DNA from: Candidatus Velamenicoccus archaeovorus
GTDB taxonomy: Bacteria > Omnitrophota > Gorgyraeia > Velamenicoccales > Velamenicoccaceae
Direction of reading: 5' to 3'
NCBI RefSeq assembly: GCF_004102945.1
Contig: NZ_CP019384.1
Location: forward strand, 1,920,001 to 1,952,000
Length of the DNA stretch: 32,000 nt
In this document: positions 1-8,777 of the stretch, one piece after another
Layout: each line of letters opens with the position of its first letter
Position numbering within the stretch: position 1 is the stretch's first letter
Made by a program: the position numbers and the translations under genes
The notes under the pieces: generated by a model
Told to the model about the DNA's origin: nothing
The model's database searches: none
Seen by the model: the letters and a program-made list of their open reading frames with translations, nothing else

Positions 1-665
1 AAATCAAAATCAAGAAGTACCGGCTCTCCTGACTTAAAGCCAAACTTTACCTTGCCCCGGCATCCTTTTAAAAGTTTTCGCAGGCCGTCCTCGTAGCAGC
101 CCTGGGTAAGAGACGGAATGCTATCTGAGATCGGCTTAAACTCATTGCCGACAGTTGACGGCACAGATGATGTAGCGGCAGTTGCAGTTGACGTACCTCC
201 GGTAATTACTTCTCCGCTGACAAAGGTCCCGGAAATAGTAACAAACAGGATCGCGGTTGCGCCGTTAGCGGTATTAATAACAACTCTCCCTTTAGCCGCA
301 GATGTGCCGCCGGTAATCGTTTCTCCATGCTGAAAAGGCCCGTTGGTAATCGCACCTATATTCATGGACTTTAGAGTATTAACCCCAAATCCGCAGGCCT
401 GAAGCAGCTTGCCCCATTCCGGCACAGTAGCAGCTGCGCCTGAACCTCGTAACTCTAAGCGGAATGATAATCCTGCAGGCCGCTTGCCGGGGATTTTGCC
501 TATGTTCGAAAATGTCTGTCTGGCAGGGTTGCGCTCAAACATTGCAATATCAAAACTCACCTTCGGGTTATAGACTAAAAGCCTGGCATCTGCCGCAGCC
601 AAAGTTTCAGCGGTGCCTTCTACCGCTTCTATTTTTGCTGCTAATTGACGCTTACGTGTAAGCAT
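1..665 (-). CDS. Phage major tail (tube) protein candidate, N-terminal 221 codons (partial, runs off the left edge)
   Basis: Absent from the ORF track because no stop lies in the window. ATG at 665 follows GAGGAGG 7 nt upstream, and the frame is open to the edge (MLTRKRQLAAKIEAVEGTAETL...). It occupies the lambda V position after the FII/Z/U-like genes. Function is assigned by position only. Confidence 0.45.
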   Translation of the reverse strand, partial: MLTRKRQLAAKIEAVEGTAETLAAADARLLVYNPKVSFDIAMFERNPARQTFSNIGKIPGKRPAGLSFRLELRGSGAAATVPEWGKLLQACGFGVNTLKSMNIGAITNGPFQHGETITGGTSAAKGRVVINTANGATAILFVTISGTFVSGEVITGGTSTATAATSSVPSTVGNEFKPISDSIPSLTQGCYEDGLRKLLKGCRGKVKFGFKSGEPVLLDFD

Positions 666-678
666 GATTTAACCTCCT

Positions 679-1137
679 CTATCCCGAAATTTCGGGATCG
701 TTTTGTTTGTGCTGATAAAATATCTCCAGCTCTATGATGATGCCTGCCTGCGGCTGGCCTTCCAAAGTTTCAAAAAGGACATTGGACTTGATATTCGTAT
801 CTTTGGCAAAACCCCCGCGCGTGTAGTCAACCATAAGCGATTTTTCGATATCTCCCAAAAGACTATTTAAGAGCGCGTCTGTCGGCTGCGGATCATCCTG
901 CGCCTGCCTTGTCCAGACATCAAGATAGACGGTAAACTTGCAGGTTGTAAAAGGGTTAGGCACCGGCTCTTTTTCTTCGGGTCCGGCATTAATCACTATG
1001 CAAGGGATCAAGACAAGCGAATTCCCGGACTGCCGCCACCTCTGCACGCTGGCAATGTCATTGTGATAACCGTTTGCGATTGAGATTGCCTCAAGCGTTG
1101 TCTTTACGTTCTCTAAAATGCTTTCTCTGACCGTCAT
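679..1137 (-). CDS. Tail terminator / tail completion protein (lambda U position)
   Basis: 152 aa. The start overlaps the upstream stop as ATGA (1134-1137). Size and position match lambda U. There is no diagnostic motif. Confidence 0.45.
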   Translation of the reverse strand: MTVRESILENVKTTLEAISIANGYHNDIASVQRWRQSGNSLVLIPCIVINAGPEEKEPVPNPFTTCKFTVYLDVWTRQAQDDPQPTDALLNSLLGDIEKSLMVDYTRGGFAKDTNIKSNVLFETLEGQPQAGIIIELEIFYQHKQNDPEISG

Positions 1138-1760
1138 ACTTTATTCAGCGCCTTTTCAATTGATTTGTTTAAAATATCTATCCGCTCATTCTGCATGTCA
1201 TCCCATGTTTTATAGAACATGAGCCTTGGCCGGATGCGCACGCTGTTTTTCAAAACAAAAATAGGGATCAGCTCGCGCAGTTTCTTTTTAACCTTGGCCA
1301 GGAATGTCTTGCCTTTCAATTGAATGGGGATAACATTTTTAAGCAGCCGCGGCTGCTTGTATTGTTTCTTAAGCCTGCCGTCAGAGGTAAATAGTTCTTT
1401 CCTTGCCGAAAGCGGCACGGCAAGCTTGCCGCCCCCTGGATTTTTAAGCGTTGCACCCTGTTCATGCATGCGGGCAATCTTTGAATCCGAGAAAATCACC
1501 ATGCCCATGCCCTCGATATCCTGCGACAGGAGGCTTGCCCTGCTGAAATGCGTAAAAATCCCATGAGGCCTGCCCTTTATCCCTGGCGGGCCCTGAAGCC
1601 GTGTTTGTTTGAAGATTTTTAAGAATTTGCGCGTGGCATGATCCATCCCGTCGGCAATTTTGTATTTTAGCTCTTTCGGAAAAAGCCTGATTGCCCGCTC
1701 TAAATTCTTTGTGTTAATCTCCAGTTTTAGCTCGCTCATTTCTGCAAAAGCAAATGCCAT
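1134..1760 (-). CDS. Head-tail / tail completion protein (lambda Z position; HK97 gp10- or Mu G-like)
   Basis: 208 aa. The segment MHEQGATLKNPGGGKLAVPLSAR resembles the HxfG...paRpf signature I recall from gp10 and virion-morphogenesis families. Position lies between the FII-like and U-like genes. Confidence 0.4.
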   Translation of the reverse strand: MAFAFAEMSELKLEINTKNLERAIRLFPKELKYKIADGMDHATRKFLKIFKQTRLQGPPGIKGRPHGIFTHFSRASLLSQDIEGMGMVIFSDSKIARMHEQGATLKNPGGGKLAVPLSARKELFTSDGRLKKQYKQPRLLKNVIPIQLKGKTFLAKVKKKLRELIPIFVLKNSVRIRPRLMFYKTWDDMQNERIDILNKSIEKALNKV

Positions 1761-2083
1761 ACTCCTTCGTCTTGTCCTAAGATATCCGCCACTACCCAGT
1801 CAATTGCGCCTCCGCCGACAACCTCTGCAAGCGAAACAATATCCCCGCCTTTGTTAATAGACGCGGCACCGGATGTTTCATCATTGGCAATAAATATCTC
1901 ACATTGGTTTATGAGAACGCGGCCCGCATCCTCGTAGGCAGGGTCTATGCGCTTGCGGTTCACAAGCGCTTTAATAACTTTCGCTGATCCGCCTTTAGGC
2001 GTGTAGGTAATTTCCTCGGCAAACTCATCCGAGTTTAAGAATGTTTCTGCCGCATCCTGCGCTAAATTATCCTTGAAAGCCAT
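1736..2083 (-). CDS. Head-tail joining protein, lambda FII-like
   Basis: 115 aa, against 117 aa for lambda FII as I recall it. It lies directly downstream of the capsid gene. The C-terminal pattern ...GGDIVSL...DWVVADILGQDEGVWHLLL resembles the FII ...GDTLTI...FWVDRV..DDGGSCHLWL. Confidence 0.5.
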   Translation of the reverse strand: MAFKDNLAQDAAETFLNSDEFAEEITYTPKGGSAKVIKALVNRKRIDPAYEDAGRVLINQCEIFIANDETSGAASINKGGDIVSLAEVVGGGAIDWVVADILGQDEGVWHLLLQK

Positions 2084-2104
2084 AGCCCCCGCTTTCCAAG
2101 CCTT

Positions 2105-2131
2105 GCCGGGAGGCCGTTAAAGCCTCCCGGC
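2105..2131 (-). terminator. GC-rich stem-loop just downstream of the major capsid gene (possible partial terminator or mRNA stabiliser)
   Basis: GCCGGGAGGC-7 nt-GCCTCCCGGC, a perfect 10-bp stem, lies 26 nt after the capsid stop. There is no clear U tract on the minus strand. Confidence 0.35.
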
Positions 2132-2156
2132 GCATTGCTTGTTTTAAGACGCTTGC

Positions 2157-3116
2157 TTAGGCGTCGACTTTCATTAGATGCGCAAAATACGGGTCTATAA
2201 TAAGCTCGTCGACATGCTGCCTTACGCGGAAAATATCGCTTCTTGCCGCATCGTCGCGGTATTGCTCGACCGTCGCGTTCTCCGGGCTGTCAGCGCTCCA
2301 TAAGAACACTCTTCCGACGCTTGGATCGGAAAGCCGCTGCGAATCCCCGATTGTTGCCACCATCGCGTAATCGTCATTCCAGATATCCGCGCTAGCGAAA
2401 GGCTTGCCTTCTTTGGCTGTATTGTAGATGCCTTTGCCTACAAGGATCCGGCGCACACCCAGAATATCCGCAAGCGCATTAAGCAGCTCTGCCTCGGTAA
2501 GCCTGGCCACATATTTGATCGCGTCCTTGATGCTGTTGTTAGCCAGCAGGCGGTCGATATTGGCCTTGCTGCAGATGAGGGTATTCGGGTCAATGCCGCA
2601 ATTGGCTCTCACCTTTTCCCTCGCTGCGCGCACTTGAAGCGGAACATCTGAGCTTGGGTTATCCCAAGGAGCTCCGGAATTATCGGTATATAGCGCGGGC
2701 CCGGCAAATGTGGTCGTATTGAACACAATCCCTGCAATGCGCCTTTCCTGAGCCTGCAGAACGCGCCGCGTGATAATTTGCACCGTGGTAAGCTCTGCGT
2801 CGAAATCCGTCGCATAAAGGCTCCTCTCGCTGTCGTCAAGAGGCCCTTCAAGGCCGTATTCCTCGCAGTTATACTGCTTATCCTTTGCCTGGAACCCGTC
2901 TCTGTTGTAATTTCCGCGCGGGGCCCTTTTGGTGTCTGCTTCGCGCGTAATACTTTCCCTCGTTATCGCGGGAAAAATACTTGCCTTCTTTTTGGTGGGG
3001 AATATCGGCAACACCTGCGTCCCGATAAACTCATCCTGCTGCTGGATAAACTCCAATGCAGCCTCGCCCAGCTCTAACCTCGGCACTGCTCTTGAACCCT
3101 GATAATCAACTCCCAT
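2157..3116 (-). CDS. Major capsid protein
   Basis: 319 aa. It sits directly after the decoration gene and before the head-tail joining genes, which is the lambda E position. Its size is typical of an HK97-fold or E-family capsid protein. Confidence 0.8.
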   Translation of the reverse strand: MGVDYQGSRAVPRLELGEAALEFIQQQDEFIGTQVLPIFPTKKKASIFPAITRESITREADTKRAPRGNYNRDGFQAKDKQYNCEEYGLEGPLDDSERSLYATDFDAELTTVQIITRRVLQAQERRIAGIVFNTTTFAGPALYTDNSGAPWDNPSSDVPLQVRAAREKVRANCGIDPNTLICSKANIDRLLANNSIKDAIKYVARLTEAELLNALADILGVRRILVGKGIYNTAKEGKPFASADIWNDDYAMVATIGDSQRLSDPSVGRVFLWSADSPENATVEQYRDDAARSDIFRVRQHVDELIIDPYFAHLMKVDA

Positions 3117-3143
3117 TGTATCCTCCTGTCTTTAAATGTTTAT

Positions 3144-3497
3144 TTACAGCAACAACCCTTCGATAATCTCGCCGTCTGAAGCCGCTGCTTCAAGCACGCG
3201 GCCCTGAATAGAACCGCTTACCGTGGCGCTCACCTTCCCGTCGTTTGCGCCGTAAAAATTCCCGCCGACAGCAATCGCGCCGTTAGCTTCGACTTTAAAC
3301 GTCCGGCCCGTGGTCTTTAGATCTACGCTGACCATCTCTCCCTGCGCTGCCTTTGCCGCGGTAAAACCAATAAAGGCCTCTCCTGCATCCGCGTATTCGA
3401 CCTGCGTGCCGCTGCCTGCGCTTAACTTCACCCTGCGGTAAGCCTCTAATGCTTCGCCTGCCACAAACGCTTTTGACCCGATATTAAACTGTGACAT
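3144..3497 (-). CDS. Head decoration protein (DUF2190-like; lambda D position)
   Basis: 117 aa, Gly/Ala/Val-rich and beta-rich, ending ...GEIIEGLLL. It lies between the protease/scaffold and capsid genes. Confidence 0.65.
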   Translation of the reverse strand: MSQFNIGSKAFVAGEALEAYRRVKLSAGSGTQVEYADAGEAFIGFTAAKAAQGEMVSVDLKTTGRTFKVEANGAIAVGGNFYGANDGKVSATVSGSIQGRVLEAAASDGEIIEGLLL

Positions 3498-3515
3498 CTT
3501 TCTCCTCCTTCGTTT

Positions 3516-4649
3516 TTACTGCTTTCTTTTTTCTGCAGTCGCCTTTAACGCGTCTGTCATGCTGCAGTTATGCTCCTGTTTATAGGCATGCGCCCTTTCA
3601 AGATGGGTTGTCGGCTTTTTGCCTTTGTCCTCATCGTTATCAGGCCCGACATCCGGGGCCTGGGCATGCTGCAGGCCCGCGAGCTGCTTATCCTGAAAAC
3701 TGATTGTCGCCTGCTCTAAAGTCAATCCGTTCTCAACCGCGGCAATAGCAAGATCATTCATATCCTTGAAGGCCTTCGCTTTCTTTAGGATCGAAACAAC
3801 CCGCTCTCTTTCCTGCTTCTGCCCGTACTCGCCGCCCTTTTTGACTCCTTCGTCAAGGCCCAGCTTAAAGACGGAATCAAAAATATCCGGCCGTTCTTTC
3901 TTCAACTGCTCTACCGTTAAATTTTCAAACATGGTTTTCACCTCCTGTTTCTTTAAAATTGTTTGAAATTCATCCTTATTCATGCGATACCTCTCCAAAA
4001 ACGCGATTACCCGCTCAACCGCATCCGGCTGCTCTAAGAACTTATCCAGAAAAGCCGTCATCTCCGCCGACGGCTTCACCGACTCAGAGAAAAACGGCAT
4101 GCCGAAAAGGCCGTTATTTGCCGCCGGGTCGTCAACAATATCTACTGACATCAATTTCTTCACCCGGATAAGCGGCGGCAGCGTATTTCCTTTCTCATCC
4201 TTTGTCAATGATCCGTCTTTTTCCTGCCGGTACTCCTCGTCCCAATGTATGACCATAGAAGAGCCGAACGCGTCGGGATCGCTTTCCGCAAGCTCCATGA
4301 TGTAACCCGCTAAATCTCCGTCAGGCGTCTTGTGCGCGGTTTGGTCAATATGCAGATCTGCCCGGACTATGCTGCCGTCCCGCCTGAAATTTTTAACCCT
4401 GCCCAGAAACGTCCCCAGGGCAGTTGAGCTCATGTTGGGATGGCCAAACCTTGACTTAATCCCCATCTTCGGCTGATTCCCCAGCTCAACGATTTTGTCT
4501 AATGCTGTTTCATCAAACTCCCCCCTTTCGTCATGCGTGACGCCTTTGGTGACAACCGCGAATCCCTCAATCACCTCGTTATTTCTGCTGACCCGGACGC
4601 CCCCGGCCCGTGCTATGTCCGTACGAAAAAGAATATCTTTATTTGGCAT
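3516..4649 (-). CDS. Prohead protease fused to a scaffold-like C-terminal region (lambda C/Nu3 position)
   Basis: The N-terminal ~200 aa carry candidate His (RFGHPN) and Ser (FGSSMVI) catalytic segments spaced as in HK97-type prohead proteases. The C-terminal ~170 aa are charged and helical. It lies directly downstream of the portal gene. Confidence 0.6.
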   Translation of the reverse strand: MPNKDILFRTDIARAGGVRVSRNNEVIEGFAVVTKGVTHDERGEFDETALDKIVELGNQPKMGIKSRFGHPNMSSTALGTFLGRVKNFRRDGSIVRADLHIDQTAHKTPDGDLAGYIMELAESDPDAFGSSMVIHWDEEYRQEKDGSLTKDEKGNTLPPLIRVKKLMSVDIVDDPAANNGLFGMPFFSESVKPSAEMTAFLDKFLEQPDAVERVIAFLERYRMNKDEFQTILKKQEVKTMFENLTVEQLKKERPDIFDSVFKLGLDEGVKKGGEYGQKQERERVVSILKKAKAFKDMNDLAIAAVENGLTLEQATISFQDKQLAGLQHAQAPDVGPDNDEDKGKKPTTHLERAHAYKQEHNCSMTDALKATAEKRKQ

Positions 4650-4699
4650 CTTGTTCTCCTATCCGAATATCCAACTCCTTCGGCATGGCCATCTGCGTT

Positions 4700-6286
4700 T
4701 TATTGCTGATCGTTATCTTCCTGGCTGCTTGGATTTTTGGCTTCTTTTGGCTCTTTTGCTTTCTCATCGCTTGGAAATTCCAAATCTAATTCTTTCATTT
4801 TTGTGGCTTCGCGCTTTCTCTGCTCAAAACTCTCTTCCCAGTCCTTGCCTTCCTGCGCATAGAGATCAGAATAAGTAACGATGCCGTTCTTTAACCCCAC
4901 CTCGGCAGCCTGGGCTTCTTTTAGAGGATCGACCCATTCCCATCCGGGCGCAATCCATGAAGCGTTCGTCCAATAACGCTCATTTTCATAAAATGTCTCC
5001 GCTTTTATCTGACGGCTAAGATAGGCCTCTTCTAAAAGCATCTCCCAAACCGGCTGGCAGAGTTTTCGGGCAAGCCATTCCTGTCTCATCCTGAAATACC
5101 TGCGCGCCTCTAATAACGCTGCCCGGGCGCTTGAATAATTTGTCTTTGAGAAATCCTTGGCCACGAGCTCATAGGGCAGACCCAGGGCAGCAGAGATAGC
5201 CTTTAATATCCTTTCCACAAACGGCTCAAAGGTAGCTCCCGGCCTCTGCGGATTAAACGAGGTGATATTCTCTCCGGGCAGAAGATGTTTAATCATGCCC
5301 GGCTCCAGCGATTCGATTAGCTGCCCTGACGGGTTTCTTTCGTAGGCTGAATTAACCGCTACATCCATCGATGCTTCCGAAGTAATAAAAAGCGAAAAAC
5401 ACGCTGCTATTCTTGCCGCCACAAGTTCGGCCTCAGCGTATTCTGCCAGGTCTTTGAAGTAAGTCAGGACCGGTGCAAAGAAAGGAACGCCTCTTGTTTG
5501 ACCTGAGCGCTGAACGAAGTAGAGATGAAAAATATTCCTGCGGCCGTATTCGTTCTTGACAGGTATCTCTATAAATTCTCTTTCCCCTCTTTTTGTGAAT
5601 CTGATGTCTCCGGGATGCGTCTTCTGAATGAAATATGAAACCGGCTCGCCCTTCTCGCCTATTCGAACGCCTGACCTGATAGATTTATCCCCCTGCATGC
5701 CCGGCGGGGTGTCAAGCCGGTCTGATTCGATAATCTGCAGGGCCAGGGAATAAGGCCTGCCCGGCTCTTTAATCATCTTCGGGATAATAACCGCTTCGCC
5801 GTTTTCTAAAATCTGCCTGTCCACGAGCTGCTGGATTTCATAAAAGTCCATGCGGTTTCCGGCATCGGCATATGGAAGCCAGTCCTTCCAAACCCTCTCA
5901 GCTTGTTTTTGAAAATTGCTCCCAGCTGCGTCATCGATACTTAATAAATCTTTATCAATTCTTGACTGCGGCCTTATCCCTGAGCCGACAACATTTGTAG
6001 TCATTGTGCCGGTAATCCCTGAGGCATGCGCGTCATTGCGGTTTAAGTCGCGGCTTCTCTCGCGGATGTCTTTTAATTCTGGCAGCAAGTCTTCGTCTGC
6101 TGAGCCTCCCCCTGGAAGCCAGCTTGACCTGAGCCTTGACCTTGAAGCGCCTTTGTAAGAGCTGAACGATTCTGAAATGCTGATAGCCTGGCGGAACATG
6201 CGTCTCTTAAAACCGGCCCTTGGCGAGAAAAAAGAGATAACATTATCAATGCTACCTGCCAGTTTTTCGCCGATACTTTTTCTCAT
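4700..6286 (-). CDS. Portal protein, lambda (gpB) family
   Basis: 528 aa. The N-terminal segment ...SWLPGGGSADEDLLPELKDIRERSRDLNRNDAHASGI... is typical of lambda-family portals. It follows the gpW-like gene with overlapping stop and start. Confidence 0.85.
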   Translation of the reverse strand: MRKSIGEKLAGSIDNVISFFSPRAGFKRRMFRQAISISESFSSYKGASRSRLRSSWLPGGGSADEDLLPELKDIRERSRDLNRNDAHASGITGTMTTNVVGSGIRPQSRIDKDLLSIDDAAGSNFQKQAERVWKDWLPYADAGNRMDFYEIQQLVDRQILENGEAVIIPKMIKEPGRPYSLALQIIESDRLDTPPGMQGDKSIRSGVRIGEKGEPVSYFIQKTHPGDIRFTKRGEREFIEIPVKNEYGRRNIFHLYFVQRSGQTRGVPFFAPVLTYFKDLAEYAEAELVAARIAACFSLFITSEASMDVAVNSAYERNPSGQLIESLEPGMIKHLLPGENITSFNPQRPGATFEPFVERILKAISAALGLPYELVAKDFSKTNYSSARAALLEARRYFRMRQEWLARKLCQPVWEMLLEEAYLSRQIKAETFYENERYWTNASWIAPGWEWVDPLKEAQAAEVGLKNGIVTYSDLYAQEGKDWEESFEQRKREATKMKELDLEFPSDEKAKEPKEAKNPSSQEDNDQQ

Positions 6287-6492
6287 GACGGATCCTTAAA
6301 AGACGCGTATGTTGTGCGGTCTATAGTAGGGGATAATTCTTTCTTAAGCTGGTCGCGCATCTGCTTAAGATCGGCGATATCGCGGTAAGTCATTGTCCTG
6401 CCGTTTATGGTGTATGACTTCACGCCTGAACTTAAACCGTTGATAGCGGTCTCAATAGCGTCAAGCATTTCCTGTTTTGTGGGCGCGCTCAC
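6283..6492 (-). CDS. Head-tail joining protein gpW-like
   Basis: Re-called with a GTG start at 6492, with AAGGAG 6 nt upstream. This gives 69 aa, against 68 aa for lambda W as I recall it. The longer track ORF would start inside the terminator hairpin. Position between terL and portal is as in lambda. Confidence 0.65.
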   Translation of the reverse strand: MSAPTKQEMLDAIETAINGLSSGVKSYTINGRTMTYRDIADLKQMRDQLKKELSPTIDRTTYASFKDPS

Positions 6493-6513
6493 AATGCACT
6501 CCTTTTTTGCCCA

Positions 6514-6550
6514 ATAAAAAAGCCCGCTACCGCCGTGCACGGTAACGGGC
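6514..6550 (-). terminator. Rho-independent terminator (minus-strand orientation)
   Basis: Minus strand reads GCCCGTTACCG-TGCACGG-CGGTAGCGGGC followed by TTTTTTATT. That gives 11 pairs including one G-U. The plus-strand version would have a C-A mismatch and no U tract. Confidence 0.65.
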
Positions 6551-6613
6551 TTAATAAAACTATTGGGGCGCTATAAAGGCGGCCAACCTTTAGCGCATAT
6601 AATCTTTAACTCT

Positions 6614-6641
6614 ATATTACTTGAAATCCTCTAATTGACAA
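6614..6641 (-). promoter_or_regulatory. Sigma-70-like promoter candidate (TTGTCA-16 nt-TAATAT)
   Basis: Read on the minus strand, the -35 is at 6641-6636 and the -10 at 6619-6614. It lies in the AT-rich gap after the zinc-ribbon ORF and ~60 nt upstream of the terminator. Confidence 0.35.
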
Positions 6642-6669
6642 GATAGTCGTTACTACAAATTAGTAAAAA

Positions 6670-6927
6670 CTACCCATCGTCTTCAGCCTCAACAGATTTG
6701 AAATTATGTCCGCATTTCTGGCAGATATGATATCTGACCGGCGGATGACTGGAATAACATTTGATATCTTTGCTTTTGCATTTAGGACACTTTAGCGGAA
6801 TAAATCTGACGCCGTAATCTTTTGAATCATTCTGCGGCCTGCCGCCTGAATTTTTCTGCGGCTCAACAGAATCGTTGCGGTCGACATTTTTCAGCCAGTT
6901 AGGTTTTCTCTCAAGCCATCGCCCCAT
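6670..6927 (-). CDS. Zinc-ribbon protein translationally coupled to terL
   Basis: ATG at 6927 overlaps the terL stop as TAATG. It carries CPKC-x18-CQKC with RYHICQKCGHNF. The track's TTG start at 6936 is less likely. Confidence 0.6.
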   Translation of the reverse strand: MGRWLERKPNWLKNVDRNDSVEPQKNSGGRPQNDSKDYGVRFIPLKCPKCKSKDIKCYSSHPPVRYHICQKCGHNFKSVEAEDDG

Positions 6928-8777
6928 TAAAGCCAAGACCCTTCCCTTTTACGGATCCACTCCTGCCTTGAATGCTCCTCTCCTTTAGCTTTCGGCTGAT
7001 AAACCCTCACAGCTCCGTCTTTGCGGATATTCAAGGCGCGGATAATATCTGCTGCGGCTAAGGCGTAAACCTCAGCGTCAAGAAAATGATTTGCCGAAGC
7101 TTCTTTTTTCTTCTGCCAGACTTCCTTTGCCCGGCCGGTGGTGCGGTTACGGATTAATATCTTATGCTCAGAGGTAAATTGAGCCAGATACTCCTCACCG
7201 GGATTTTTAAATATATGCCATTTCACCGGATCCCGGGAAGTAACAAGCCGGTTGATCTTGTCTTTATACTGCGTGACATTTAAATGCCACAAGACAAGCC
7301 CGCCTGGGATAACCGCGCCGGTGCGCGAATTGATGTCTATTTTATTTGCCCGGTAAAATCTGCCTCCGCTGATCTCTTCAACTCCCTTAATCGCTTTTGT
7401 CTTATCGGACCAGGACCGGCAAAAACGGTATACTTCATCCGTCCTAAAACCAGAGTCAACACATGACATATAAATATTTAAGGTCTCATTTGAAGTCAAT
7501 CTTTTGTATTCCGTCTTAAACAAAGCCTCTACTAGATCATCCCAATATTCAGCTCTTCCTGCGCGAATGAGCCATGATTCCTCGTAATATCCCCAGCCGC
7601 GTATAACAAAATAAAAGTGATCCTTTTGCACGTCTACGCCCGCGGTTAAAACCAAAACCTCATCAGGCACAATTCCCTCGTCATAGTCCCGGGCAAGATT
7701 GCGGACCTTATCCACTGTCGTCTCTTCTATCTTCTCCTCCCAAACCTCGGCCAGCCAAGAATTGACAAAGTTCATCAAAAGCTCGATGTAGTCTTTTGAT
7801 TTTAAGAACTCCGCCGCGATATCGCTCCATGTAAGCCAGGGGGAATATAGAGAACTTACCCAAAAGCCGCGGTTTCTGTTTTTCTCTTTCTTCTCGGGAA
7901 TCCATTCTCCGCTTTGCATTATCTTTTGTTTCTGCAAGTCTTCTATTTTTTTGCCGCAATAGAAACACTCATACCAGGCAAACCGCTCGTTTTTAATCCT
8001 CTCGGGCGAAGATTCCTCTCTCGGCCATTTGATCTGGCCAAAGAGCAAAACCTGAAGCTTCCCACAATGAGGACAGGGGACATAAAATCGCCTCTGGTCT
8101 GATTTCTCATATTCCCTGAAAATATATCCTTCGCGTGTAGTCGGTGTTGAAACCTTGATAGTCTTTTTATTCCAAAATGTCTTCTGTCTTTCTGAGGCCA
8201 GTTTTATAGGATCTGCCTCGCGGCCCGAGAATTTCGGGTATTTATCCACCTCGTCCAAAAATAGATATCGGATAGGCCTTGATGCGAGATCCGCCGGTGA
8301 GTTGGATCCTGCGAAGTAAAGAATCATACGGTCAAAGTGATATTCAAGTTTCGTGATATCATCGAGATTCTCAGGCAGATACTTGCTCAACACCGGCGAA
8401 ACTTCAATCATCGGCCGTATCCTGTTATATGAAACACTCTTTGCGTCATCGGCCCGCGGCGAAACCATAAGCGTAGGCCCCGGGTCCTGGTCAATGACGT
8501 AGCCCAGCATGTTATACATTGCCTCTGTCTTGCCGACTTGAGACGCAGCCATGACTGTTATTTCATCGACAAACGGATCCGTGAACGCATCCATAATTCC
8601 TTTTAAGTAGGGCGTTCTTGTTGTTGACCATTGCCCGGGCTCTGCAGAAGTTTTGACGTCAAGGCGCCTGAACGTATCTGCCCATTCGCTCACCGTCATC
8701 TTATTCGGCAGAACCCATTCCTCTGCCGCATAAGGCAGGACGGTATTAACTATTGCTCTGGCTATCTTTATCCTCAC
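6927..8777 (-). CDS. Terminase large subunit, GpA (lambda A) family
   Basis: 616 aa. A Walker-A-like AASQVGKTE segment follows a GpA-type N-terminus (VSEWADTFRRL...SAEPGQW...TPYLKGIMDAF). Confidence 0.9.
   Translation of the reverse strand: MRIKIARAIVNTVLPYAAEEWVLPNKMTVSEWADTFRRLDVKTSAEPGQWSTTRTPYLKGIMDAFTDPFVDEITVMAASQVGKTEAMYNMLGYVIDQDPGPTLMVSPRADDAKSVSYNRIRPMIEVSPVLSKYLPENLDDITKLEYHFDRMILYFAGSNSPADLASRPIRYLFLDEVDKYPKFSGREADPIKLASERQKTFWNKKTIKVSTPTTREGYIFREYEKSDQRRFYVPCPHCGKLQVLLFGQIKWPREESSPERIKNERFAWYECFYCGKKIEDLQKQKIMQSGEWIPEKKEKNRNRGFWVSSLYSPWLTWSDIAAEFLKSKDYIELLMNFVNSWLAEVWEEKIEETTVDKVRNLARDYDEGIVPDEVLVLTAGVDVQKDHFYFVIRGWGYYEESWLIRAGRAEYWDDLVEALFKTEYKRLTSNETLNIYMSCVDSGFRTDEVYRFCRSWSDKTKAIKGVEEISGGRFYRANKIDINSRTGAVIPGGLVLWHLNVTQYKDKINRLVTSRDPVKWHIFKNPGEEYLAQFTSEHKILIRNRTTGRAKEVWQKKKEASANHFLDAEVYALAAADIIRALNIRKDGAVRVYQPKAKGEEHSRQEWIRKREGSWL

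Noticed and set aside
118-661. Plus-strand ORFs 118..333 and 464..661
   Set aside because: Both lie antisense to a longer minus-strand frame that has a strong GAGGAGG SD and ATG at 665 and stays open to the window edge. The Thr/Val/Ala/Pro-rich translations look like shadow ORFs.
681-698. Perfect palindrome ATCCCGAAATTTCGGGAT as a terminator
   Set aside because: It lies inside the last codons of the U-like gene and has no U tract. It may still modulate translation of the downstream tail gene, but there is no evidence for that.
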